From the NCBI GenBank assembly GCA_036172245.1, contig JAYWIR010000060.1, forward strand, positions 310,001 through 374,000: 64,000 nt of DNA, read 5' to 3'. Below are positions 39,991 to 52,859 of the stretch, one piece after another. Source of the DNA: Raillietiella orientalis (lineage: Eukaryota). The first letter of the stretch is position 1. Each line of letters starts with the position of its first letter. The notes under the pieces are model-generated. The model was not told the DNA's origin. It did not search any database and saw only the letters and a list, made by a program, of their open reading frames with translations. A program made the position numbers and the translations under genes.

Positions 39991-41021
39991 CCGTGCTTCA
40001 GGCCAGAAGAGGGAACGCCCGCCAGCGTTTTTGCACAGAGGCCAACGTTCCGACCCGGTCACGCACACTGCTGCGTTGGGCGACACCTGAAGGCGCCTGG
40101 ACGGGGTCCGGATGGCAATCAGGCCTGGTGGTCCTTGAAGTGGTGCTTGCACGGAACCTGCTCTTCGGTGAGGTCACTGGAGAATCCGCTGCAGTGCACA
40201 CGGAACCGCGTTCCCTGACGATGGCCGCAAGAGCTGCCCACTCAAACGCGGCCGTGTGCCAACCTGCGTGTCGGTAGTCCCGACGGGAACGATCGAAGCC
40301 GGAAGTGAAGCGCCTTCGATCTCTCGAAACGCCCCGAAGGATGCTCTTTGTGCCGCAGCAAAGTTGTCCTGACCTCCGAAGACTGTCCCTCAGCAGAGAC
40401 TGATGGCGCCATCTTCTTTCGCTGCCTCTGAACGGAGCGAGGAAAATCTTCAGTTTGGCGAGCAGCGTGTGTTTTGTACATCGAAATGCAGAGCGGGGAG
40501 GGGAGGGGGGGAGGAACGAGAAACTTACGTCATAATCTATCGGCACGAAATATGAAGCAAAGGAAGAAAAACATTTTGGCTTTTATTTTCTAAATATTTT
40601 AGATTTGCGAATGCAAAACCTGCAACTTCTTCGCTGCCTTGATCACATTTATTTGCTGCCAACTGGAATGGAAGAAGAGGAGTATGCTGCTGCAATTAAG
40701 GAGAAGGCCACAGGAGAAAATGGAGGATATATATATATATATATATATATGCATACAACTATGCACACCCACATGCACATATTTTGTAGCATATTGTGAA
40801 AGGATGTGATAAGGGATTTTCGAAGTGAAAGTGCAGCTCCATTCGCGGGGTTACAGAATCAGCTTCCGTGTGATGGGTCTTTAGAAATCATCAGCTATAA
40901 TGCTCCCATCGCAGAGTGATGCGCACTGCTTGATGATCGCGGAACAACCACATCAACGATGAGATCCTAAGAGGTTACGGGCGGCGGAGACGGAAGGCGT
41001 CACAAAGATCTACGAAACCGT

Positions 41022-41053
<32 letters not shown>
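41022..41053. repeat. Compound (AC)n(AG)n microsatellite
   Basis: Read directly from the sequence. Confidence 0.9.
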
Positions 41054-41499
41054 GGAAAACTGCTGTTGTTAGGCAGCAGAATCGCTTAGAGCAGACGATG
41101 AACGAGACGAGTCGATTCACTGAATGAAATCATCTCCGGAGAAATAAAGTAATAACTCGCTCCGGGCTCAATCATGTAGACTTCCACCCTCTTTCCCCTG
41201 AGCGGCAAAACTTATTGCAGTTTCCTTTCCATATTTCACCTTTCGATTGTGAGGAAGTAATTACCCTTCATCTTCTGGAGGGATGAACTTCACGAGTCTC
41301 CTTCTTCCCTGCATCAAGTGTGAAACGTCCAGGTACTCGGAATGGCCGCACGCGCGGTCAGAGTAAGAGTGATGAAGGGGGTGACCCGGTGCAAACAAAT
41401 TACAGCAAGAATCACGTGCTGCCCGCACACGACCGGCGCCCTTTAAAAGCACTGGACGTGCGAAAGCTACCAACTAATGGGGAAGCCCTCCACGGGTTT

Positions 41500-44225
41500 C
41501 CATTCGGCTGGGTACACGGGAGAAGATGCAGATGAAAGCGCTGTTTCCCGGAAATCACAGGCCCCGACCGTCCTTCGTTCGAGCCCAGCTCCATGGACGC
41601 ACGATGGGCAAAGGATGCACTCTGATGGATGGGAACCTCGTGCAAGAAGCCAGGGGTGGTACCGGAGAGCTTCAGGTGATGCACACGCGTGTGGTGCACG
41701 AGGTGGTCTGGAATTCCCAGACGGGTTCCCGAAAGTGCGTCTCCGTTCCCATAGGGATTTCGGAGAGACAGAGCGGAGGCATCGTGGAAAAGGAGGCAGA
41801 GGTGGTGAAACGAAAGGGAAAGAAAGGGAAGCGATCGAAACGACAGTCCGGAGAGCTCTGCCTCTGTGTCTCAAAGATGCAAAGAAGAGACGAGAAGGAC
41901 GTCGGAAAAGTTGTGGGAGCCGCTAACGCACGGCGTCCGCTCGCGAAGGAAGGAAGTGCTCTGGTCAAGTGTTCGGTTTGGGCAGAGGTTTTACCCTTTT
42001 CAAAAGACTGTGCTCGGAATTCTCACATGTAGACGTTTACATTCGCAGAGTTTTTTTGTTGTTGTTGAGAAGCATCCCACTTTTCTACTAGGTTCCTAGG
42101 AAGAGTCGGGCTCTCCTTGGAAACCCGCGTCGGTGAGGATGGTTTCCCTCAGTGACCACCCTTCCACAGGAAGGGACAGGAGGGGCAGAGGCGCACGTCT
42201 AGAGGAGATGGACGATCCACTTTGAGAGCCCTCTCTCCCGTTCGGAACTTTTCGACGAAGGGCTTCGAACGGGAGAGAGGGCAGAAGGATAAGAGCGCAC
42301 GAGACTGCCTGCGTGCCTTTCCAGAGTCGAAGCCACCTACTTGGCCACCGTCCGCGTAGAAATCGGGGAAGGAGAGGGGGGACCGAGTGAGACATGGGGC
42401 GGTGTCGGTCGGCCGCTCCCACGGAAAGCTCTCGGGGCCCGCGCAACGGGAGAAGCTGACCGGGAGAACCTTCGAGCGGTGCCCTACGTCTATCCGAACC
42501 TGCGAAATCGCGGAGGATGGCACGAGCCGCTCTCCCCCGAAGTCCACGTGACGCGATCGGTTAATTTGTGCCGGGAGGTAATCCGCGCGAGGAACTCAAT
42601 CTCCCGTGAGCCACGCAGGGGGAGTGGAGTTCGAGTGGAGGGGGGGATCCACAGCAGGGCCGTGAGGAGGGAAATCGATAGCCGAGACAACGATCTAATC
42701 AACACGGACAAGAAAGGAGACACTTGGAATCCTCCTTTTTCCATCGCTGAGAGATATGGACGTAATTTAGGCAGCGTGGTGTCCGACATGGAAAAAAAAG
42801 GAGGGGGAAAGGGAAGGCCTGTCCCGACTACAAGTGGCTGCGTGGATGGGGGGGCGTGTTCCCACGTGTACGTCTTCGGCTTCCACTCTTCCTTCAGACG
42901 TCTTTCCGGGTCGATTGGCTTGCGAGCCAGCGCCAGGAGTGCGGGTCGGCTGCCAGCTTTTGTTTTTCGTGGAGGGGGAGGACGACGGGAGGAACGCCTT
43001 CGAGGACGTGCTCCAGCTCGTTCCGATCCGGGGGACCGACCGGAGGGAAGGGATTTCGTATTGCGGAGCTGGAGAGAGGGCTTTTAAGGGTTGGACGTGC
43101 CGCGCGGAAGAGCCTTGTGGGCGTAGCTGCAGGTGTCAGTGGGACGCGACGGTGCCACACCTTTCGCTGAAAGCGGGCAGTGGACACGAATGAGGCCACA
43201 AGTCCTCGAGCCGTACCTTTCGCGCGCGGTGCTTGGCCGTCGGCTCAGCATCGCCCATGCATCCGTATCTCGTCAGGGGGTCCTGCTCTTGGCCGCCATC
43301 CACCTGAACGGCCTTCAGCTGAGTGGCAAGCAGGCCGGACCTTCTGCAGCGCTGCCGCATTCACGGGAACTCACGGAGGCGCCAGTGCCCTCTGAGGTGG
43401 CGAGCAACGCTTGTCTTCTCCATGGATGCAGACTTCAGGCCCGCGTTGGCGGCCGTGTGGCTGCGGTGTCCACACGTCTCATCGAGCATTGCAGGTTCGA
43501 ACCCCGAGAACATGGGATGCGTGGGGGGATTTCGAATCTCCCCCTCAGGGTGACACCGGTTGACCTGAAGGCTTCGGGTGAGGCAGCAATGTTGGAAGCC
43601 GGAAACCACCGGTGGATGCCCCCGTTGGCTGGCCAGGATTGGAAGTTGACTCTCCAGTGTCCTTCCAGGAATTCAGGGAGCCGGTTCCTTTCTGGATTCC
43701 GCCTCCTGTTGGGGAAATGGAGCCGTTCCATGGAGACGGTTGATACCACCCTCGGGGGATTGTCTTTCAAAAGCGCACTGCTCCCTTCGGAGAGTTCCTC
43801 AGAGAAAATGGGAAGAGTTTCTCCAGGGTTCTCTTCAGAGGAACAACAGGGAGCGGTTCCGTTGCGGGTTCCCTACAGAGAAGAAACAAGAAGTGGCCTC
43901 TTCTCCGGGGGGTTCCTCAGGAGAGAATGAGAAGAGGTTCCCTTCGGAGATAACCAAGGGCGGCATTTCCCTCCCGAGTCAGAGGAAGGAACTACTTCCT
44001 CTGGAGCCTTCCTGGGTTCATGTGGTGGTCCCCCCTCCCGGGGTATCCCCTATCTTGAAGAGTTACACGTACACTCGGGTGACGCTGACTTCAAGAGCTT
44101 CACGAGCCCCCTCTGAGAAGGCGAACGGCTCTTCGGCACTCCTTGAGAACCAAAAAAAATAAAAGATAAAAGCTGGAAGGAAAGCAGCGAAAACGGGAGG
44201 AGAACCCGAAAGGATTTCCATCATC
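41500..44225 (-). mobile_element. Decayed DIRS-like retrotransposon (gag/pol junction and RT), including repeat copy B at 43440-44225
   Basis: Clear nucleotide similarity to 39290-39990. Minus-strand RT-like VLPLHEKQKL, GGFQVSPFLSVLI (YLDD region) and REIEFLA. The lower boundary is a guess. Confidence 0.55.
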
Positions 44226-45249
44226 CAGTTAATCAACTAGCTCCGCTTCGATGTCCCGGCTCCCGAAGGAAACTTAAATTGTGGGAAAAAACAACTTCCC
44301 AGCGCCAGCCCAACGCATTTCGTTGGGCAGTAAGAGGCGCATCCGGTCGTCGGGCGCGAAACGTCGGGGGAAAGTGCGAGGGGTTCGGGGAAGAACCGGG
44401 AATCGGGCACTTGGGGTTTCGCGAAGCGGAGGTGGAAGCGCGCAGCTGTTTCCCGCTCCGTGCTCGGCGCAACCTCTCCCGGTTCTCAGCGGGGGTCGAT
44501 CGGTTTCCGCACTGACGAGGGCCCGCCTGGGAACGAACCCGCTACTCACCTTCGAACGGCTGCGGAGCCACCTGCGTCCTACCTTCCCTTCCCTTTCACG
44601 ACGAGGCTCCTCGGAAAAGTCTCGCGCCCTTCTTGGAACCCCCGCGTCGGTGCGGACGACCTCTTCTAGGGGCCTCCCTTGCAAGGAGCCAACACATGGG
44701 GTGGGGTGGGAGGGCGGACACGCAGATTCGGCCGCGGTGGACCTCCCCGAGCGGCCGCGACAGCGCGCAAGCACGTGATGAAAGAAGGCCTTCCGTTCCC
44801 TTCGGTTTCCATGGGAGACGGTGGGAAGAGCGGAAAGGGAGGCCCCAATTGCGCGCATCGAACTCTGGTGGATCGTTGGAAGCGCGGAGGCGCGTTTTCT
44901 GCACCGAGATGTGATGCAAAATTTTTTTAGATTTAATTCACTTGAGGAGAAGAAGAAGAGGAGGAGGAGGAGGAAAAACCCGATCGATCTAAAACTGAGG
45001 AGTTCGTGGGCTAATGAGGTTCGCTTCGGAAATCCCCTTCTACGACCCCCATCCCACGTTTCACGAGTTCAGTCGCGGAGTGAAGAGGGAAGCACAGGAC
45101 ATGGGGACGACGATTCTCGCATCCCTTTCGTTCGGTCCCCTTCCGACCCACCCCTAGCGCGGACGGCTCGCGGCCGCCCCTGCCGGGAAGGGGAAAAGAA
45201 GATCCGGAATCGAATTCTGTATCGATGGGTGGTGAAGAAGGTGGGGACT

Positions 45250-48200
45250 TCGTAGAGCGCCGAACGAGGTGCACGCCGTCTTCCCCGCGGGAGGGAGACA
45301 CCCCTCACGAGTTACCCTCGGGTGCTCTTCGGATCCTGCAGGCGAACAGGAGGCTGGGGACGAGGAGCGAAGGCCAGGAAAACGGACAACGCGCCACCCC
45401 TTCCGATCCTTGCACCCCCTTCCCCTTCCTGTCGGTCTGTCTCGAAGAGGATGAGGACTGGCACGCCCGGATGCGCGTGCAGGACCTTTTTCTCCCCCGG
45501 CCCGGCCCGGATCACGCCCACGTGTGCGCTATGCAGGGAGAAAATGCATTCGCTGCTGTCTGAGACGCGGTCGCCATCGGTCTTTCGAGATCCGTGGCCT
45601 TGGCCGGCCCATCCACCGTAGGTTCGGGTATTGGCGCACGAGCCTGTTTAACTTCAGCTGCCACAGCCGTTGGCGCTCCTACAGGCAGCTGGTTCTTGTG
45701 GTGGTACATCCATCCCAACAGTCTCTCCCGACGTCCCCCTATTCTGGGACCGCGGGGTCCATTTTCTTGTTCACCATGAAACTGCTCTCTGGGATGACCC
45801 ACCCGCCCACGAGCAGCTCCCTCCGCGACGCGCACGGGACGGCGGCAGGTCATCCTCGATGGACCCTGCCGGCGGGAGCATCCTGGCAATGTGGGCCTCT
45901 CCCTCGACGTGCCCTCGGGAGCGCTTTCGAGGAAACCCCGGAGGATGAATCCTCAAGGGAGGAGAAGGAAAGCGGGAAGGAGGGCGGCAAACAGAAGGGC
46001 CGCAGGGTTGCTAGCATCCCTTGGCTGGCGAGAACGATCTCCCCACGAGGGCGCCACCACTGGCTGTTACCATTCCTGTGATTCCATTTGCGCTTCGATC
46101 CCAGCTGACTCTGCGCCACGCGATGAGGCGGTCTCCATGGCGACGTGCTCTGCTATGCATCGCTTCCGCGACCGTGGTCCCTCCGTCACCGGCGCCCGCG
46201 TTGCGGTCGTGGCGCCACCAGCCTGCAAAGGGATTGTCCGACGCCTTCGGATTCGAGAACCGGGAGGGAGGACGCCAGGACCGGAGGTTTCCTTGGCAGT
46301 GTTGCTGAGATTCCTCCCGCTGTCTCCCAAGGGGCAGGTCCCCCCCCTCTCACCGCGAAGAGAAGAGCCGCCGCCAGCATGACCTCGGGGCTCCGTGATG
46401 CGCTACCGGGAACGCGGAAACCCTCGAAGGGTGTCCCTGCTGGCTCGCGGCAGAGGAGATCCGGTGGAGGAACTCTGGAGAGGACACCGCTGCAGCCGGC
46501 GGGGCAGAGGCGGTGCGACTTCTCCCTACCTGCCTTCCGCGACTGGTGGCGGCGCCGTTGCTACCTGCGTGCTGGCAGCGCGGTGGCAGTCCACCGCCTG
46601 CACTGCCCTGGGTGCCACCAAGTGGGCACTCTGGCAAATGGACTCGGTGCTGCTGGATGGACGGAAAAGAACCGAAGGGCATCTGCGGCTTCCGGACCAA
46701 GGAGTGAATCCAACCTTCCGCCAAGAGCAGACGGGTGGATCCAACCCTTCGGGCTCCTCGGAAAGGACCCACCCAGCAGCCGGGTCCATCCCAGTGGGCT
46801 CATAAGAAAAGCAGCGCACTCCCCACCTCTTCCTCCCCCCTTCCTCTTACTCCCTTCCGCATTCTCTCCTCCCTTCCACCCCCACTCTTGCTCGTCCTCT
46901 TGTCACCGCAAGTCCTCCTGCGGAAGGGGCGGAAGGGAGGGCGAGGGGCGCAAGCGGGGAGGCTGACGGCGTTGCTAGGGTCCGAGCTTCGTTTCTGTGG
47001 CTGTTTCGGGAGGTCTCGGGATGCTGTCAGGGTAGTGGGCAAGCGGAAATGATGCGGGGAGACCCCCCTAGCCCACGGAGCACCCGTGCGTTCTCGGTCG
47101 CAGGGAACGCCTTGAATGCCGTGTCCCGCGTGAAAGATGTCTTCCAAGAAACGCCCTCTTACGCAGGAGGGTCCCAAAGGAAGAAAAAAGGGTGAGAAGA
47201 AAGAAGAAAGAAGGTGCAGACGAACGGCGCACGCGTGCCCCACCTGCCGGCGGCGGCGGTCATCGCTGGCGGGGCGGCTGCGCCAACCTCGCGGTGGGCA
47301 TGCCAAGCGGCGACGGTCAAGAGCGCTTCCACCTCTCGTCGCGGTGCCCACGGCCCCTCCCCCTCGCCGCCCGCGGGCGACACCCAGACGAGGGGCCTCT
47401 GGCAGGGAAGGGCACCGCCGCCGCTCCTCGGCGGCTTGCTGGTCGGAGGGTGTTCGCGCGTGATCCCGGTCCACTTCCGTCGGGAAGGGCCGTCAGCTCC
47501 GGAAGGAGGCGACGGAGGAGTCCGCTGACCCCTTGTCCGGTTCCCACGAGCTCCATCCGGGCGCTCCCGGGAAGCCGCGCATCGCGCCCCGCCCGCCGGC
47601 AGATCCATCATCCGGGAGGGCTTCCGGCGTGACGGATTCTGCTGTTGCCGGGCGATGCGGAGGTTGCCGATCCCTGGAGCAGGCAGGGAGGAAGGCACGG
47701 GATCAGGGGAAGAATCGGGAGAGTCGCCTGGGGAGTAACGAAGGGCTGTGTGCCCTACCCTGCCCCGGGGACGTCGCCACGACCGCTTTCCGAACCCTCC
47801 GCGGGATTCTCCCCTGCGGACCCTGGGAAGGCTACCCCGAGTAGCTCCCCAGAAAGGGCGCCAAAAGGCGGCCGCACCTCCGGGGATCACCCCTGCGGTC
47901 TCTAGACACTGGTGGCGGGAGTCTCCCTCCCCATCGCCAGGCGCCTGCAGGGGCGATCCCCAGACGGATGTCCGGGGGTGGAGACGGAGACGCAGGAGAA
48001 AGCAAAATGGCGTCACCGTCCTTGAGGGGGCGCCAGCTGGACTTCCCTAGGGACTGTGAGGGAGGGGACCCGGAGAGGGAAGGCGGGAAGGAGAAGGGAA
48101 TCCAATCATCCCGACGGCGCGCACGCCGGCATGGGAACGGATGACAGCAGGAAGAAGAGGGGGAGGGAGGAGCCAATTAGCGCGCAAGAAAGGGAAGGAC

Positions 48201-49150
48201 GGGAGCAGGGGATCTTCTCCCTCCTCCCCACCCCCTCCCTTCCCTCCTGGACAAGTTTCCCACGCCGCCCGGTAGAGGCGCTCGCGTGGCCGATCACCCC
48301 CGCAGCGCCGGCGGAGGACAGCCGAGCCTCCGGGTGACTTCTCCAGCGGAGTTCTCCCCAGAGGGGACGCACACGGAGGGCGGCTGACCTGGCGCTTCTG
48401 CGGGTGCTCTGAAGAAGCCGTCCGGTCTCGAGCTTTTCCCGGTGGAACATCTCGAAGACACCGCCGCCGCCCCGGGCGCGCGGAGGTGGTCGACCACCTC
48501 CCCGCAGCCGCCGTTCGTGGTCGGGAAACGTCTGGAGCGAGGCGCCTGCAGCGGCGGCGTTTCGTTTGCAGCAGAGGTGCGGGGGGGGAATGCGAGTGAA
48601 GGACGCGATCTCGACGGTGGCGCCTCTGCCGCGCAATGGACCGCTGAACGGGGACGGACAAAAAGGGGCCGAGCAAGGGCAACTTTTTTTCCCGACGGCC
48701 CGCCCTACCGTGACTCCCCTTGTCCAGAGGGTGCTGCACGTCCGGGAGCACACAGAAGAGCTTCGACCTCAGGCTGTCAGGGCGCCCACGAGTGCTCTCG
48801 CCGTTGCCGCAGGAGTTGCTCAGGGTCAGCAGGGAGACCTCGCCCGCTGCTACCGCTCATCTTACGTCCTGCGGTCCCTGGATGCCCAAGGGGCACTCGA
48901 CCCGGATCCCCTTCTCTTCGGACGGGATGCTCCTGGAGGTCACCCGCTTCCGGCGTTTCACTAGCTCGGGGAAGTCTGAGGCTCGCCTCCGCCCGGAGAC
49001 CCAGCGGGGAGCAGCAGGGGTCGTGGGCGGCGGCGGTCCAGCTGCCCCGCCCCTCAGGTCGCCAGAAGCTCCCGGTATCAAGCGGCGTGGACGTGCGACC
49101 CCCACAGGCTCTGTGGAACTGCGTGCGACGCCATGGTTTTGGGGGAGGGA
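45250..49150 (+). mobile_element. Decayed DIRS1-like retrotransposon (RT, RNase H, YR)
   Basis: RT-like QENGQRATPSD, SYRQLVLVVVHPSQQ...GSIFLFTMKLLSGMTHPP and SLDV. RNase H-like TLANGLGA. YR-like PCP...VLHVREHTEELR, VSRET/LARCYR (one frameshift) and an intact GHSTR box (HSTR at 48894-48905). Confidence 0.6.
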
Positions 49151-50779
49151 AGGGGGGCGACTCTCGAGCATCCAGCCGCAGGGTTGCCATATCCATCCTT
49201 GACTCCGCGCGTGCCAGGCCGCCGCGGATGGGGGAAGGGTCAGCGTCCCTGCCCGTCCTGCGGCAGCGACCTCAGGAGGTACCCCCCCTCAAGGTGGGTC
49301 ACAGCCGGAGGGCGGGCGGATCTCTGGCGGTTCCTTCATCGAGGCGCCGCTTCCAGCGGTGGGCGGCTATCGCGGAGCTCCTCCGCGGTTCGCACATACA
49401 CCCCTTTCCCCGTACGAGGACCCCCAGTCGCCCGCGGTGCTGTCGGGCGGTCTCTCCCCTCCTCTAGGGTGGCAGGGGCGCCGCATTGCCGCACTACGGA
49501 TCTCCCACGCAACCTACTCGGGCGTGCCATTGGCGAAGAGGGGGCAGACCCGGACCATGTCGCCTGCTAGTGCGGTGCGCTGCCTTCCGGCCCTTCTGGG
49601 GACGCTTCGTCCGGGCCTCTCAAGTCCCGGTGGACTACACGCGCCGCCCCTTCGTGCATGCCACCGGCACGGCGCCATACGCTCCGTCACCCACTCCATG
49701 GGGGTCCCTAGCTAAAGGGCGCCACCCCAGAGGCACCGCCCGCAGGTCTCCTTCTACGTCCCTCCTCTCCTTCCGCTTCCTCAAGGCGGACCTTCCCCTA
49801 GGGCGTCATGACGTCGCCTGACCTCGAAAGCACCCGGGTCGGAGGACGCGCTCCTCTTGGAGCACCCCACTCTTCGCCAGTTCACAGGGAGACTCACCCG
49901 AGGCTCCGGGCTGCTGCGTGAGGGACCCCCAGCTCCGCAGACCCGAGTCCGGCGGCGCGGGCCGGTCGTCTCCCGGACAGGCCGACGCTTCCGGCGCCAC
50001 CTGGCTGCGAGAGGGCCGCCCCGCAGAGGGGCGTCAGGGGGGCTGGAAAGCGGACCGGGTCTCTGGGTGGAGGGGGAGGTCGTGTCTTCCCCTTCTCCCC
50101 GGCCTGTCCCCCCTGCGTCGTCGCGCGAGGCGTCCCTTTGAAGGTCCTTCCACGGCCACGCGACCCGCGGGCGGAGTTCTGCCCGACTTCCAAGTCGGCC
50201 GGTTCTTCGTCCCTGCCGGCGGCGCTTCCTGGAGCGCAGAGGGAGGGGGGGCAATCCACGGCGCGCGGGACCTGCTGCCCCCTCCCTGCGCTGATTTCTC
50301 CAGGGCTTTCCCACGTCCGCGCCCCCACGTGGTCCATTACCTATCGTCCAGGCTTCCTCCTCTCCGTCTCCACTCGCCCCCTTCCCCCCCTCAGAAGATG
50401 AAATTTCTCTCTCCCTCCCCCGGATTTCGCCCTCCGCTGGCCTTGCTCTCGTGCGCCTTCCCTGCTGATTGGATGCATGCGAGCGGAACTGGGAGGGGAG
50501 GGATGTGACGGCGAGCTGCGAATGCCTCCCGGGCGGGTGACGGGGAAAGGGAGAGGGGGCAAAGGGGGGCAGGAATCTTCTTTTTTCCGGATGCGACACG
50601 GTCCCCCGTATCCTTCCACGGGCAGGGAACCAAGGCTGCGTGGGGAACTGCCGTTCGCGACTCGGTGGCTCCGCGCGGTTGCGCTCGCGCATCGCGGGTT
50701 CGAATCTTGCCCGGGCGAGGGAAGGGAGCATCCTGGAGAACAGGAGAGGAGTGCATCGCTCGGGTTTCGAGTTTTCCTC

Positions 50780-51010
50780 CTCTTCTGCGCTGGATGGCAC
50801 CGGTTGACTCCAGTTGGCTTCAAGTGCGGCACCGTTGGAGGCTGAGAACCCCCGGATGCTTACCCCCGTCGACTGGCCTCCGGGATTGGAAGTTGACACT
50901 CTGGAGTCCTTCCAGGGATGCCCTCGGGGCGCCCCTCTGGTGGTGAAAAGGAAACCTGCTGATACCCCCTAGGGGTACTGCCTGTCTACAGCGCGCTGCT
51001 CCCTTCGGGC
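50780..51010 (-). repeat. Dispersed repeat copy C (short DIRS gag/pol-junction fragment)
   Basis: GTCGACTGGCCTCCGGGATTGGAAGTTGACACTCTGGAGTCCTTCCAGG and TGATACCCCCT...AGCGCGCTGCTCCCTTCGG match copies A and B. Confidence 0.85.
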
Positions 51011-52859
51011 AGCCCCAAGAACGGAGGGATCCGCCTGGGTGAAGATGCACCTTCCTGTGGCTTGCTCTTACACCTGTCCGTATGGCAGTCAGCAGGCTCG
51101 GGGTTCGCGTCTTCATCGTTGCCATGGCGGCGGGGCGCGCGGGACCCCGTGCAGTTGTGAGCGCGAAGGTGCGTCGGGAACGATCTGTCGGGGTCTTCCG
51201 GATGGGGTCTCCATAGCATCCACGGGATGAACTTTTCCGGCGGCGCGCTGCCCCTGGAGTCGCCGCGGGTCATTCCTGTGAGTTTTCCGCGCATCCTGGA
51301 TTCGAGGGGCTTCTCTGCTCAGCCCGGCAGCTCACCGCCGAAGAGTCGATCGACATTGGAGGTCCCTCGTTCGCGAGGGCAGCGGCTCCGCCCCTGAGAC
51401 GCTCGAGCCGTTTCCAAGGAGACTTGCTCGCGTGTGGAACGCGCTCAGCCTGGCGCGGAGCGGCTGCACTCTTTGCCCGCGGCAGGTGGGGGATTCCAGC
51501 CCTGTTGGTTTTGCCCGGCCGGGAGTTCACCAACTGGTCATCGAAGGTCATCCCCACAACCTCATTTTAGGTGGGGCTGACCCTCGGGCGAGCGGGGCAT
51601 TTCAAGCGGAGGTGTGCTGGCGGAACACCAGGTGTTCTCATCTTCCTGTGGGTCGGCAAGAGGTGCGCCCGGGCCGAACGCACACGCTCGATGCCTCGAC
51701 CGCGGACTGGGAACGCCATCCGTCCCGCGATGGCGCAGTCCACGTGGATCGACGCGGCGGCGGCATGCAGAGCGGATTTCCGAGCACCGTCCTGTGTCAT
51801 CCCTCCCGGAGGCCCGGAAACACCGCAGGGGGAAGGAGGGTGGGAAGGAAGGGAATTCGCGAATTTCCCCGCAGTCCCTCCTTTGAGAGGTTGCCTCCAG
51901 CCAGCCCGTCCTCCCTTGACCTCCTGCATTAGGTCTCGAGCTCTCTGAAGATCTCAAGTTGCTTCCCGGGTCACCGAGGAACCCAATTTCCAGGTTTCTC
52001 CCGGTGCTGCCGGACCGACTCCTTCAGTCGGGAGGCATTGAGTGGAAAAGGCTCTCTGCTCCGCAGCGCCAGGCCGGTGCTTCTTGGCCCTGCAGTCCCC
52101 ACCCTCACCCTTGAGTGGGCGAGTCGAGTCGGACGAGCCACATCAAGACGGCGGACTGGGGGGGAGTGCAGGGTGGGACCGGGAGAGAGATGCTGACCAA
52201 CGCAGGATGTGCTCTCTGTGAGCCAAGCCTCCCTGCGCTGCAGTTGTAATCCCCTGTCCAGCAGTCGGTTCCCGCGACCGTAGAGGGCGGGCGTCCTCAG
52301 AGGTGCGTCTGATTTTCCGGTCGGCTGGAGGTCCGTCTATCTTCCCGCAAACTCCCCACGTCATCGTCGGGCATGAAGACCTCGCTGGTGGCGACGCCCC
52401 CGCAAGAACTTTTCTGGACCGCCGCAGGTTGCCTGTCCCCGACCGCTCGCGGATGGCGCCTCGGGGCGAGAACGCTCGACCCCGGTGGCTCCAGCAGTTG
52501 CCTGTTGCAGGGTAGTCAGGCAGATTGGAAAGATCGGGACACCTTCTGGTGCGGTCTGCCCCGCGGCGCTCGGAAGCCATTCCGCGGAGTGCCGACCGAT
52601 TGCCGGCGCTGCGAACGAATGACCCGACCCGCTCCTGCCTTCTTCGACGTCCGGATCGCCTGGCAGCGGGCTGCGCTCGGCAGGAGTCCAGTCCTCCCTG
52701 AGCCCGTCCTCCGCCAAGAGGGGAACGCCGCATCTGGAACGCTGGGTGCTGCTTTGGTTAGCAGTCGATGCCAAGATGACCTCACCGGAAATAGGCTGGG
52801 CCCAGACCCACTGGCTTTCCCGAGTGCCCCTCTTGAATTCCAGAGAGGGAACAGCTCGC